From a virus (lineage: Duplodnaviria > Caudoviricetes), in the IMG/VR virus record IMGVR_UViG_3300030118_005064, positions 1-55,670 of that record: DNA of 55,670 bases; one strand, given 5' to 3'. Every line of letters begins with the position of its first letter. Position 1 is the stretch's first letter. Of the stretch, positions 22,601 to 29,675 are shown piece by piece. A model generated the notes under the pieces. It did no database searches, was not told the origin of the DNA, and saw only the letters and a list, made by a program, of their open reading frames with translations. The translations under genes and the position numbers were made by a program.

Positions 22601-25600
22601 CACTGCTTGTCAAAGTGCAAATTACAAGTCTGCCGACCACGACCTCATCGGGCCTTTGGAAGCCACAAGGACATCGGTCACCGCTACTTTGCAAAGCGAC
22701 GGTTATGTCAGAGACCCGCTCGCTTGGTTCTCTACACCAACTGCACCGTTCGGTCCCAGCGACATTCACGGAGGCAGTTTCACACTGCTCACTGAAACCA
22801 AAGTGAAGTACGAAGGCTACGGCATAGCCGCCAGTGCAGGTTCCAACGCAGGTACCATCAACTCACAAGGAGGTCATACGCTTGTTCTTGAAGCGGCCAA
22901 CACCTACACTCTGAACAATCATTTCCCTGACCCTCTTGAAGTAGGCGCATACCAAATCATCATTCAGCCAAATGTGTTCAAACAGCAACTGCAAGGTTTC
23001 CATCTCAACCACGGCACCGAAAACAAAGCACCCAGCGAAAGCGGAACCAAGGTCACTGAACTGACAGGTCAACAAGTCAACACCGTGATTGCAATTGAGA
23101 AGAACATGAGCACGAGGGGTGCTTATGCTCTCATTCTTGCAGAGGCCATGATGGCTGATGTACGAGGCTGTGAGGTCATTCTCAATGAAGTGATTTTGGA
23201 CATTGAGCCGGACGCTGGAAGTCAGTTCACCAACTTGGCTCCGCTCGCTCTGTACAACCCGTTAGGTGTGCAAGAGAGCACGAGTCCCTCATTCACACGA
23301 CGAAGCCTGCCATACCGTCCCGGTATGTTTGAGTCGTCCACTCCGGGTCGCACTTTGACCATCCCTTGGTGGGGCATCCTGCACAAAGACGGGGCGACTT
23401 CCTCCAGCGCTGACAAGTTTAAGCACCTTGAGTGGCACAAGCCTGACAACTACTACCAACTGTGCAGGGCCAACTACGGTTCAGTAGGGGCGCAGTTGAC
23501 GCTTGCTGGCTATCCTACAAGTTTCCTTGACATCTACGAGCCGCACAAGCGTCTGCGTAGCCTCAATCCAAACTGCATCGTTATCAGCGATAACGATTCT
23601 GACACCATCGTTGTTGACGACAATGCTTTGTTCCCTGTGCAACCCTATTACGGCGAGAACTTGGTGTACTTCAAAAACGGCATACGCTACACGGCCACTT
23701 ACACCAACCGGACAGGAACGCTCGCTCATGCTACCCTCGGAGAAAGCGACACCTTCTCAGGCGTGACTGGAACTACTGAGTTTTGGGCCAACTTGAGTGC
23801 GGGCACTGTTTTGCGACTTACCACGCCTTATGACAACGGAGATGCTGACTCACTGTATATAAACTCTCAAACCAGTTTGATGACAAGAAATCTGCCACAA
23901 GTGGCCAACGGGAGCAGAGACACCAACTCGTTACAACCGGCTGATGCGTTCCTTTGCATGTGGCATCCAAATCTCGGTCGCCCGTTCACTTGGTACAGCG
24001 ACGACAACAGTAGAAGTTTCTATGCGAATACAGGTGTGGCGGACGCCCCTGTCAACCAAAAGCCGTACAATCATGTACCTGAGCACTTTGAAACCATTCA
24101 CTATCACGATTTCAACTATGTTGCCAGCAAAGGACCGTTCGCTCTTGGAATGGAATGGATAAAGCCACCCGTCACTGAAACCGATTCATACTCCCTCCAA
24201 GCAGTGTCCGATTCAGTTGGTACCCTGTCCAACCGCAGGGGTATAAATTTCCAGCAGATTCTCGCCACTACCACATGGATGACAGGTATTCGTGTAGTTG
24301 GAAGTGACATCATTACTTCCAACCGTGGCAACAATAATGATTTTGACACAGACAATGTGTTCTTTTCCAAGATTGATATAGCGAATACTGATGGAATTTT
24401 TGACCAACAAAGTGCTGGACTTGGTGATTCGGACCTCAACAGTTGTGATGGGTTTGACATTGACCCCAGTGGTACGAAGATGATTGTCACAGATTTTCAT
24501 GGCGGCGGCATACGAAGTGCGACGCTTGCATCTGCCTTTGATGTGTCAAGTACCTTTACCTTCACCGGTAGTAGGAATGTGTCAAGTCAGACAGGTATTC
24601 GTGCTGTCTCATGGAACAACGATGGCACCAAGTATTTCATCGGTTACACATCTACTGTCCGTCAATTCACTGCCGGTACGGCTTATGTGGTGGCCTCCGG
24701 TGATACCGAAGGCACCTCTGCTACGCTGTCTTTTTCCAACATAAGCGACATCGTTTTCAGCCCGGACGGAAGCAAGGTGTGGTATGGAGACACGAATGGG
24801 TATGTACGAGAGTACAGCCTGTCCACACCGTATGACACTTCTACCGGCAGTGCGACTGTCACGCTTGACCTGCGTACTTACTTCCTCAACAGAACCGCGT
24901 CTGTGTCTTCAAACTCTGCTACTTCCACTCCTTGGCTTTCAGGCATTGACTGGAGTGACGACGGGACGAAACTCTATGTCTCTACGCTGTACGGCGTGAT
25001 TGACGACAGCAAAATGTCCAACAATCCAAGTCCAGCAACGGTCAACGGCATAGACGGAGCAAACACCACCAATCGCTTCCCGATTATGGAAATCAGCATT
25101 TCAACGACCACCGAAAGAGAAGGGACAGGTGCGGCGTTCACTGCCGCAGAGATTGACGCTGATGCAGTTTTGACACATCAGGGCGGCACGCTTGGTTCCA
25201 ACAAGTACAATTTCTTCGGCTTTTGGGGAGGGGGTAGTCATGGTGGCGGGGCCGTGAGTCGGTTGGAATCGTACGGACATTCCTTGATTGGGTGGGGCAG
25301 TGATACCTTTGGCATGGATTGCGAAACCTATCAAGACTCTACAGGAGTGGCTACTTTAACACTGCCGAATGACAGAAACCGATGTTTCGGTTATCGCATG
25401 GCCGTACGGCAGTTGTACAACCGACCTCGTTGGTCACCGTACATACGAGGTTGGTTGGAAGTAGCGAACAGCAACGCCATGCTCGGCTACTATCACGGCC
25501 CTCTCATCCAACACGACTCCAAGTCAAACGGTTGGGACTATGTGGGAAGCGATTCGGGCGAAAGCGATGCGGACATCACTGCCATGAACATCGGCATTTT

Positions 25601-27251
25601 GGAGCGTATCACGCAAGTTTCCAGCCTTCTTGGGCAAGACCAAATCGGCAGGCAGGTGCGCTACAGCGATGGTCGTCGTATGACGGGGCCGTTCGGTTGC
25701 CCCATACGGACATTGAGGAACGCATCCACGACCACGCGCATGTACCCCAACGATGAGGTCGGACAAGGTGTGGAGGAATTGGCAAGGGCTCACCGGCACT
25801 ACATAGTGGACTGGTGGGGCAACACTCGTGGTGAGGATGTCAGGCGTTTCCCTGTGCGTGGTTTCGGCCTTCGTCCGTCGTGGGATGCCGAGGACGCTTA
25901 CGCCGATACGAATGTGACACACCGTCCTGCCGCACATGATTTGTTTGGCGGCGACGGCACCGACCGCTACAGTGGGAATACCAACAGCGACAACAACTCA
26001 GCGAGCAACATGAGCAAGGTAGATTGGTTCAATCCAGCCAGTGCTCTCAGAGTTGGAGACCGTGGTGATGGCCGTGGTGTCCGTTGGCCCACGGTGTTCA
26101 ATGAAAGCCTGCTCATGGCTGTCAGTGAAAAGCACGATGCTACTGGCCTTGTTCTCAGTCATAGCACTGCCGAGCCAATCCTTGGACAAGGACTCGTCAG
26201 ACCCAGCAATCTTGCTCTGCAAGACGGTGAGGTTGAGCGCGGTATCAGTGACCGTGTTGACCTCAACGCAGACGACGGTTTGCTCAAACCGTCAGCGAGT
26301 ATCGGCGAGGCAACCGAAACGGTCAACGCTGACGACAGAGGAGCAGAACCTGTGTCTCGCAACGATGTTCGCATCGGACTGGATGTGGACACACTGGCTG
26401 AACTCAACGACGGTGTGTCTCGTGAGTATGTCGTCATGTCTACAGAGGCTCACAGTCTTCACACCGACAAGGAAGTGGGACAGCGCACCAACATCCGAGG
26501 TGCGTACGATGTTGGTAGTCGCACGCTCAAGGATTTGGACATGACCGCTCTCAACTGGTCGGACAAGCCTGTGACGGGCGTAGTCAAGCACTCCAACGCT
26601 CACGCTATGTGGGCACTCGGTGGCACTTACATCATGGAGTGGAGCAAGCACGCTGGTGTCCTTGATGTCAAAGGCTGGGGCAAAGCAGGAGCGTCTTCGT
26701 CGTCTAACCCCTACCAAGATGCCAATCACGATTCTGCGTTGGAAAACATCAACTACACGGACAGCACAATCCAATTCATCTACCGACCTGCTCACGGCCT
26801 TGACCACAAGCACAGTCAAATGTTCCGAGCGTTCCTCAACACGGGCGGTCCACAAACCGGCTCCAATTTCTACAGGGCTACTTCCGGTGGAAAGTACGGC
26901 ATGTTCACGAGCGATGTACCTTCGGCCCGTACGGGCACGCCCAGCAGTCCTCCGTACGCTCCAGTGTACACTGTGGTCCCAACGAGCAGTACGACCGTTC
27001 CTGACAGTCAAGGGCCGAAGATTCAGGGCGTTGAGGTCAGCGGCTACGACAAGGCCGATGTACGCTCACCAGTGGCCCGTATGGTCATGTCAGAGAACAC
27101 GCTGGAGCATTTCCGTTCCGATGCCAGCCGTCGCTCTACGGATGACGAGGAAGGCGACTACAGCGTTCAGCCACGATTCAGTCAGACCCTGCATCCAAAG
27201 GGGAGCAAGGGCGATGCAAGTTATAACACCGGAGACCATAGCGGGGAGTGA
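10659..27251 (+). CDS. Giant (about 5,530 aa) virion / tail-associated adhesin-like protein
   Basis: Uninterrupted 16.6-kb ORF (track start GTG 10650; ATG 10659 after AGGTG); N-terminal LamG-like domain (FTLESW...LFVNG...LGLWRFEE), repeated S/T/G-rich beta modules, beta-propeller segment. Confidence 0.8.
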   Translation: MSLLIEPGFGLKFNGISDSVLVPVNSKQIHGIQDEGRKALPVSLNAFTLESWFIPDCGGVVFEQENVMRLTVGSPSSPAPATFEVRLRNPASGREAIYTLSTAKPVTKANGRIAYWDGVLYPAVNEIHDAYLATDAGRNDVTAFNSGHRELLNVTVMFDRRVISLFVNGDLAVSQTLEEPHELVTQQNHIYLGGRGGDFRGTLESVHLSKGALPSGYQQYAPVKSDNTLGLWRFEEPIEPISLITTTPSISASTGASSTVNVGTTAAQALVDELTGQSGLTSVDFTDTTKAYNSGSYSVTVHSSTSTSTATIPKVPYNILINPLGFNQTTGKPTNKAPERMRLMSVDASAGTIVVESIHLDFEANASTGRRGALMAHDAGRFVIITGDCIVDTGKGNEFQPYGSGTQFSQRQGQVCIDESDYENHGVVFSQSMAVDSHEYNKFSASTTNMGSDLLAGHCGRHTLNHVVSHPFMGLLPPTSHHSVDKKLDMGSDVITAAFPSQFSDIRSTVPANSIVSSYDIHSPIKVQSITSSTVVSSLVENGMSDIADSQREVLAFGGEGFNPVPFLLKSVPSHQETGNTRHAIPSVNSRIATLSLPNLATYDYAPFVQVHYNALDYEGTEFSVGATSRLTGNISGSNKVLTLQSIKSFGHDGQTILGMNIRIGGTAATTDSQVFATINYSAKTLTFSAAVASGFATAATTGAIVQKLDLTPKLLVEKTLPSVSTILTGSYSILDLIHDSMAIGPLTLFSPGGVIDFETPSMLALTDGQLEGDNSEGVVAEKVLNQDLCPENYLPLTSTDPPATTPQAIALATAELSSRNSVFHRVLVRSNKSEIADVEEVADATTQLASNGSRPRTGVFINNGSGYSSSTSSAMTVDGADATAFFEVGDRLYKADGTDLGAITAVSSTSVTVGGGTTAAVVDDDELFSQPQMFGLGTTNQSTCVNEYFDIIEHTSVGGRTSLVVQPSDRERLNMLSKMSDSSDRANFISIENLIARGRVVSFADGEDGESVLTAYGTSGDLASSSVYVKGSAAPDSHIVKEIMPGAPVVTMMLGGVGQGAINTKETYDPSPLARLAWNTRHDCQTRVTSTTSTTAVVAPLNNRTTDLQSWGTYCFPKVGTVYLEVASNEGESIKFATAQYTSKTGDTFTFASGTGHQGTGKFVLADGTESDSFSAWVTATGMTAGSVLHVDDKFGEESMCNDGTTINDRLFQTLDTVQHDYQLGTQYASTRALVEIPLFEEFFFDRPDQGIFPGPDNTMKIHIDATHTAHSWAPSPVGRRVPSVSPRDPEIFGPFSYAIQADTHRSGTKVTQPYDSSTHRIYVEDASLFPIPSAPPVSVAGLGGSARYRRAFLASGEWVIYSARDTSNNFLTVVGSASDDFIASENFFRDLKVGAFILPAPGYQDMNYTGIADNPSLISAGYENRRPFYFDRSNVMTQGGNTDYGLKQYVSAIELRAGPKSNPHLPKIKSKRPRAKVIAVSGSPATSITLDDASLFPKDSPDSDYKFRVAWRNASGTVFRGFYTGRTSNTLTISSSDSGFTPSVGDEVYIEDLHATASGTFPKVKETFLSRAWSHPFCVGGLRQGDTVWMNMHYTNPHAIEGMFCKSRGTLNEAEVWKGFNGGVGSLHANPRDSIPMENFLIGDSCVETAQNLVQHINKTVEVNYDALGLDETPPVVAFIDPYQCTEDFARVLLYDVEHDREFIAFQDIHMQVQSSPAAATIGTQSGLKTGAIVNSNDASGSLLDVAAGFPSQNKNLNTTAKSDFIESAYAHGSNVNESVSGGLSTHSVGGIENTADDGYSTRTNHAVADVADALAKHQEIEASVRERSTFFDTPDGTRVIPAFLAMKGIRNSTLTLDDTRLNQLDHWTKMDFVRRLSVDLGEVALRDGVTNIESAAREVVRLINQAGAKNGKTHARRPNDQFLGENDKFDPASVHQKADFAATASTHDPAPFWDVKKAFANHDRGTHMGYVRAHLGRVVLDSDGNQGFSVVIHSTIPGASGRNFCAWLDASRAQTPYRPQYLIGHGGRFRNYWCQPDEISGENMHPAPMPINRFGRPFAPITTLKEYLPPENVDDETMNNLNFGADTVDSGTNLQFSNTEVVSGRTSNTLLNESFETQSPASALVDGLRVGTKAKSRINFGGMTMAGIPGWSPDLSKWGYTNDGTVNATRYGNASNASDAMTVTTEGSDDGYIPKTDMLAENIGSRPLYGLRFEDHRGDNHTIRLLYKQFGKSFSGENTYLPPTLDEEVIVHFDDRDVGQGGFTIGRHIVGTGEVCGEKTGGSAKKFKGNLWNTYPSPIVGVKVATSLSSGTMTVTLDAPYDTSAPAVMQSHPDILGYLGFPKSGMFQLSKHGTGGSDHQGLTFYYTSRTHNNYSGSHKFFGVLGGSASHSNGDWYMSPRINFTSLLTDEVIAAAVAHAINMESTTQDNIEATSFDCTDMFAPDGRTLGEWGVSPTAIRIKVRSDSKVPLNRLFEANVAKDFGLLDGVSTETVDSGTHLQGLTDADKDAGVRLDIGYIPKTVLHISTKYRGTNANTATPVLVDSQNSVVDIIDWQRNLRGENFTDIAGDHIIPRVDSPCVEVHSFSDPDISVATNESWALLGKPASDTANSWGEPFIVWHSSNAWARVRSKAGVSDPEEVVTIESKSTNPVAFPNPAANDILWKRSSTYRDFSQIDGVRIAGSKNSSPFLHFRGGRDSPDHYVPLYFGGGFSGVVTDINDGTQNDYADFYTHPYSNGPTGSAGFQNVGEIAGSFALIDTNAMMAMFPGTVYLDQHKGQNHPPFFNQDAILPFDMTKGANSKATGLDYTDGTNSVHANIPSPVILRFAHPHARYKHDSSASDATTYMIFGPGQAFPHNTATTEPQGANIVTAGNGYSAVPIHIGGDASKDSFLPNQLANGDSGEHSGFNRGNALAHLPMTTFFQKNNVSGFNYTMNWQPTKGFPNVNASGSRTYSQTNIMGFFYEGSDQSVTGLPKHYHPFNHIFDDISSNAVGGSSHPTTRKSSVIWHMDGGYHPGGHFLDDHVRKNPKNHAASAFLSTGSGAKHNTSAFRPAGLLAKAYLSYYGGSPDNQVLDDNVVVVDATRCQNAEELGAVLSGAINTFPGKDPLKAIGGTFMPSMQNAHKQDRYGWVELAVNEYNAENGGTPASLRVTSTTTTLPDYGWLRVSNGTTAGFAPYISHSVSAPNITFTLAKNTITSNTNVVDPQARSAITPDSNYKAYVWAKAGTHRFNNAASGASRDHITQVHFGGFQDAVDRTKPVGAVGWHGEAYSYLNSYEASNKIGANLHPAGLGAWHPFLGFNPYGAAETCVSGGSPVSKLAEGGAVVSFYEDYCVSGLASRHLVAITHESELPLIAKADKDGVSGMGDWLHVGQTGNIEHAGTVAWDASKVHNKDRYVGTATAGPHVEAQVHSGFSLPTASSDYPAVGSAPSDSQLHRTIQSGDMVRANACNYPTGDLFWDESVVKNSAFHEDRGTYGVECIGVSDRNDYLNTAATPYKGLYNYYNERSAARNFLPEHVVWKRMDGGSVTMPAVNARGLGMIPWTKRKDGSEYKTVGEKILGNNRFSFETTNAAMFPIIQAQELSHPQLAEQHPLEIRNALLIPNEHIQFQSVSVVDDTGQEHRLEGGSPLGTVIMDFRHISDREIEGLAPALAGAGVSPNLKIRLPNPDEIPGNIVVRSGFDRLQGYQNETIGSGGLQHPAQASAQLQSMFGNSQPGPRLFPTWENNGWEHLSQDAEDISSDTSHSRLKFPASTSEGWSDHTDNAPLDSAYEPHDRSLFFHVTRMGVSMTHRYDVDELTYSSFSGTEITVGSTPEAATWTDSNEQSSGRYFLRVYDPTTDKGVIASYTGVGTNKFTGVVYSPDFSSFVAGKTGLKVVPSYYMPAGSTRLFAARRLRDHAEYSGASPDMKSIDWFTLYSNLPANTGAMAATSTAYTNLTKPKMTPMPIPRMGHHHVNATMALMPGHYAHPAYQRLYDLNTACQSANYKSADHDLIGPLEATRTSVTATLQSDGYVRDPLAWFSTPTAPFGPSDIHGGSFTLLTETKVKYEGYGIAASAGSNAGTINSQGGHTLVLEAANTYTLNNHFPDPLEVGAYQIIIQPNVFKQQLQGFHLNHGTENKAPSESGTKVTELTGQQVNTVIAIEKNMSTRGAYALILAEAMMADVRGCEVILNEVILDIEPDAGSQFTNLAPLALYNPLGVQESTSPSFTRRSLPYRPGMFESSTPGRTLTIPWWGILHKDGATSSSADKFKHLEWHKPDNYYQLCRANYGSVGAQLTLAGYPTSFLDIYEPHKRLRSLNPNCIVISDNDSDTIVVDDNALFPVQPYYGENLVYFKNGIRYTATYTNRTGTLAHATLGESDTFSGVTGTTEFWANLSAGTVLRLTTPYDNGDADSLYINSQTSLMTRNLPQVANGSRDTNSLQPADAFLCMWHPNLGRPFTWYSDDNSRSFYANTGVADAPVNQKPYNHVPEHFETIHYHDFNYVASKGPFALGMEWIKPPVTETDSYSLQAVSDSVGTLSNRRGINFQQILATTTWMTGIRVVGSDIITSNRGNNNDFDTDNVFFSKIDIANTDGIFDQQSAGLGDSDLNSCDGFDIDPSGTKMIVTDFHGGGIRSATLASAFDVSSTFTFTGSRNVSSQTGIRAVSWNNDGTKYFIGYTSTVRQFTAGTAYVVASGDTEGTSATLSFSNISDIVFSPDGSKVWYGDTNGYVREYSLSTPYDTSTGSATVTLDLRTYFLNRTASVSSNSATSTPWLSGIDWSDDGTKLYVSTLYGVIDDSKMSNNPSPATVNGIDGANTTNRFPIMEISISTTTEREGTGAAFTAAEIDADAVLTHQGGTLGSNKYNFFGFWGGGSHGGGAVSRLESYGHSLIGWGSDTFGMDCETYQDSTGVATLTLPNDRNRCFGYRMAVRQLYNRPRWSPYIRGWLEVANSNAMLGYYHGPLIQHDSKSNGWDYVGSDSGESDADITAMNIGILERITQVSSLLGQDQIGRQVRYSDGRRMTGPFGCPIRTLRNASTTTRMYPNDEVGQGVEELARAHRHYIVDWWGNTRGEDVRRFPVRGFGLRPSWDAEDAYADTNVTHRPAAHDLFGGDGTDRYSGNTNSDNNSASNMSKVDWFNPASALRVGDRGDGRGVRWPTVFNESLLMAVSEKHDATGLVLSHSTAEPILGQGLVRPSNLALQDGEVERGISDRVDLNADDGLLKPSASIGEATETVNADDRGAEPVSRNDVRIGLDVDTLAELNDGVSREYVVMSTEAHSLHTDKEVGQRTNIRGAYDVGSRTLKDLDMTALNWSDKPVTGVVKHSNAHAMWALGGTYIMEWSKHAGVLDVKGWGKAGASSSSNPYQDANHDSALENINYTDSTIQFIYRPAHGLDHKHSQMFRAFLNTGGPQTGSNFYRATSGGKYGMFTSDVPSARTGTPSSPPYAPVYTVVPTSSTTVPDSQGPKIQGVEVSGYDKADVRSPVARMVMSENTLEHFRSDASRRSTDDEEGDYSVQPRFSQTLHPKGSKGDASYNTGDHSGE

Positions 27252-27256
27252 GGCGC

Positions 27257-27661
27257 ATGACACCGATGGAGAAGGCTTGGGTCATCTTGAAAGAGATGCG
27301 TCAAACGGAATTAGGTGAACATCATGAAGAGTTTCCCAGTTCTTACGGTGAAGTGACTCATTACCACGGTACAGGAGAAGCGTATGCTCCGTCTATTCAA
27401 AGACAAGGACTTCAACCGGGTCTTGGACATCATGGGTATGGAGTGTATATGACGCCTGACCTTGCGGAAGCCGAGTATTACGCAAGAAAGCACCGATACG
27501 GCGGCATACGCTACAATTCCCAAAATTACCAACAAAGCGAACCCGTCGTTTTTGCGGTTAGGGGTAACCAACTACCAATTGAAACCATGACACCCGAAAT
27601 ATCGTTCCTTGATTCTGCTCCGGTGCCCCCACAGCGACTTGTGAGGATTCAAGGGAAGTGA
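27257..27661 (+). CDS. ADP-ribosyltransferase-fold protein with N-terminal AWxxLK tag
   Basis: YHGT...SIQRQGL...GYGVYMT...AEYYA matches the H-Y-type ART (PARP/Tpt1-like) NAD-binding core; starts MTPMEKAWVILK. Confidence 0.7.
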   Translation: MTPMEKAWVILKEMRQTELGEHHEEFPSSYGEVTHYHGTGEAYAPSIQRQGLQPGLGHHGYGVYMTPDLAEAEYYARKHRYGGIRYNSQNYQQSEPVVFAVRGNQLPIETMTPEISFLDSAPVPPQRLVRIQGK

Positions 27662-27664
27662 AGA

Positions 27665-29317
27665 ATGATGGCACTGGGCAAGAATCTCTCAACCGGTCGG
27701 TCTGACGCCGCTCAGGACTCGGTAATGAAGGTGATTCGCAAGCCACGCTTTGTTGACAACGCCGTGCGACACGGTGAGTACACCAAGACTGCCGCTGGCT
27801 TTGTCGTCAACGCTCCTACACAGTCGGACTTCATGCCGACCACGGAGAAGCGTTACAGGCTGATTGAGGAGGAAGATACCATTCGTTTGCTTCACAATCC
27901 GTCGGACAGTGTTCGCTACGAAGGGGCGCTGTTCCTTGATGGTGACAAGGTGACGACTGCCAGCACGCTACCTGCGCTCGTGGTGGGCGCTGAGAACAAC
28001 GACCAAGCCCTCGTCGTGTCGCAAATCCAAGACGCCACCAAAGGCACACGGTACAGGCTGGAGAACCTCAAAGGTCGCAATCTCAAGTCCATCGGCTTCA
28101 CCGACAAAACCATCCATTTTTCTCAGAAAGTTGGCGTGGGCTTGCGAACTTCTGACTTGGCTCACCGTGTTGCCAAAGCAAACACCAGCGGTATCAATGG
28201 CGTACGGGCTCGTACCCCCAGCCTGACTTTTTTGGCCCAAGACTTCTTGGGCGTGGAAGCGTACACGGCACTCCGGTTTTTATCCAAGCATGACGGCTAC
28301 AGCCCCAAGGCTGACCGATTTGGAAATGTTTGCTACTTCCCACAGAACCACATTGAGCGTGAACACTTTGTAGGTGAGAACAGAGTTCTCGGCGGCTCTA
28401 TAGAAGAAGCCAGTGAAAGCACGCCAAACCGTGTTGTCGTGCGTGGCAAATCAAGAGCCAACAACCAAGACAACGCTGTTCAAGTCAACGACTTCGGCAG
28501 GCAACAAAACGGCATCACCGAGGTTCCGGGTGGCATTCATGCTCCTACTGCTGTGACCAAAGCCAGTGCTAAAGCCATCGGCCAGCGCATGTTGAAAATG
28601 GCAAAGAACTCTACGGGCAGTCGTAGGTTGGTGGATGTCACTGCCGCCAGTCACATGCACCCCGGTGACATGGTGTCGTATCAGACAAGGACCGACAATG
28701 AGCGCTACATTGTACTTGGTAGTCGCATCAACCTCAATGACAAAACCAGTGAACTACATGTGAACTCAGTGGATGTGACGCTGGAAGATGTTCTGCAACG
28801 CTTCCAAGAAATAGATGTCAGCGGTAGCACCGATGCCAACGATGAGCGTAACAGGCAATTCGCTGTAGAGGAGTTTTCTACTTCGTTTGGCTTCAAGGTC
28901 CGAGTAAGTTGGCAACTGTCCGAGCGTGCGGACATGAATCGGGGCGTCGGCTACACCATCGGACTACCTCGCCGAAACACCATCAACGGTGCACGACAGT
29001 TGCAAGGTACAGGCGTCCTTATCAACAATGGAGGCGGCTATGCAGTGGGCACGACTTCCTACACCGTGGACGGCACCTCGGCTTCCTCCGCCTTTGTCAC
29101 CGACAACCAAGCCGTCTACACTGCTAACGGAAACAAACTGGGCCACATCCATCTTGCTTCTGTCGGCTCTACTACCGTTGTTATCAAGTCAGCCAGCGTG
29201 CACAAAGTAGCCAACAACGACGAACTCTTTTTGTTGTCCGACTCAGCCGAAGCACTCAACAACCACCTGAAAATTGGTGCCGTACACAGTTATTTCTTGA
29301 AAAACAGGAGAGGATGA
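27665..29317 (+). CDS. Putative baseplate hub / tail-tip protein
   Basis: PNRVVVRG, AKAIGQRML, HPGDMVSY...YIVLG pattern reminiscent of hub proteins; C-terminal beta module shared with the giant protein. Confidence 0.5.
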   Translation: MMALGKNLSTGRSDAAQDSVMKVIRKPRFVDNAVRHGEYTKTAAGFVVNAPTQSDFMPTTEKRYRLIEEEDTIRLLHNPSDSVRYEGALFLDGDKVTTASTLPALVVGAENNDQALVVSQIQDATKGTRYRLENLKGRNLKSIGFTDKTIHFSQKVGVGLRTSDLAHRVAKANTSGINGVRARTPSLTFLAQDFLGVEAYTALRFLSKHDGYSPKADRFGNVCYFPQNHIEREHFVGENRVLGGSIEEASESTPNRVVVRGKSRANNQDNAVQVNDFGRQQNGITEVPGGIHAPTAVTKASAKAIGQRMLKMAKNSTGSRRLVDVTAASHMHPGDMVSYQTRTDNERYIVLGSRINLNDKTSELHVNSVDVTLEDVLQRFQEIDVSGSTDANDERNRQFAVEEFSTSFGFKVRVSWQLSERADMNRGVGYTIGLPRRNTINGARQLQGTGVLINNGGGYAVGTTSYTVDGTSASSAFVTDNQAVYTANGNKLGHIHLASVGSTTVVIKSASVHKVANNDELFLLSDSAEALNNHLKIGAVHSYFLKNRRG

Positions 29318-29318
29318 T

Positions 29319-29675
29319 TTGCCACTACTTAACGAAGGAACGAGATTTTTGATTGACACTTTGAAGAGTCGCATCAATGAAGTGGTCTTCGGATTTGACG
29401 GAACTGTTGCTACGCAGGAGGATGGCGGTATCGGCAGTCCTGCTGTCGTGGTCACGCCGACGGTCAGGGTGATTGACGACAATACGCTGATTGTTGAGGC
29501 CAAACTGGCTTTGGACACTTCGTTCACCCGTCCACTAAGAGAGGTTGTCATTCGTTTCAAGAATCCCAGTGATTCCACGGACACCACGGACATCATGCGC
29601 TACACCTATAACTCAGTCCAAAAGACAAGCAACAACGAACTCCAATTTTCAGCCATCATTGAGGTGACAGTATGA
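29319..29675 (+). CDS. Putative tail fibre / baseplate attachment protein
   Basis: 118-aa beta-rich ORF (FGFDGT...REVVI...VQKTSNNELQF); TTG start after GAGGA. Confidence 0.45.
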   Translation: MPLLNEGTRFLIDTLKSRINEVVFGFDGTVATQEDGGIGSPAVVVTPTVRVIDDNTLIVEAKLALDTSFTRPLREVVIRFKNPSDSTDTTDIMRYTYNSVQKTSNNELQFSAIIEVTV

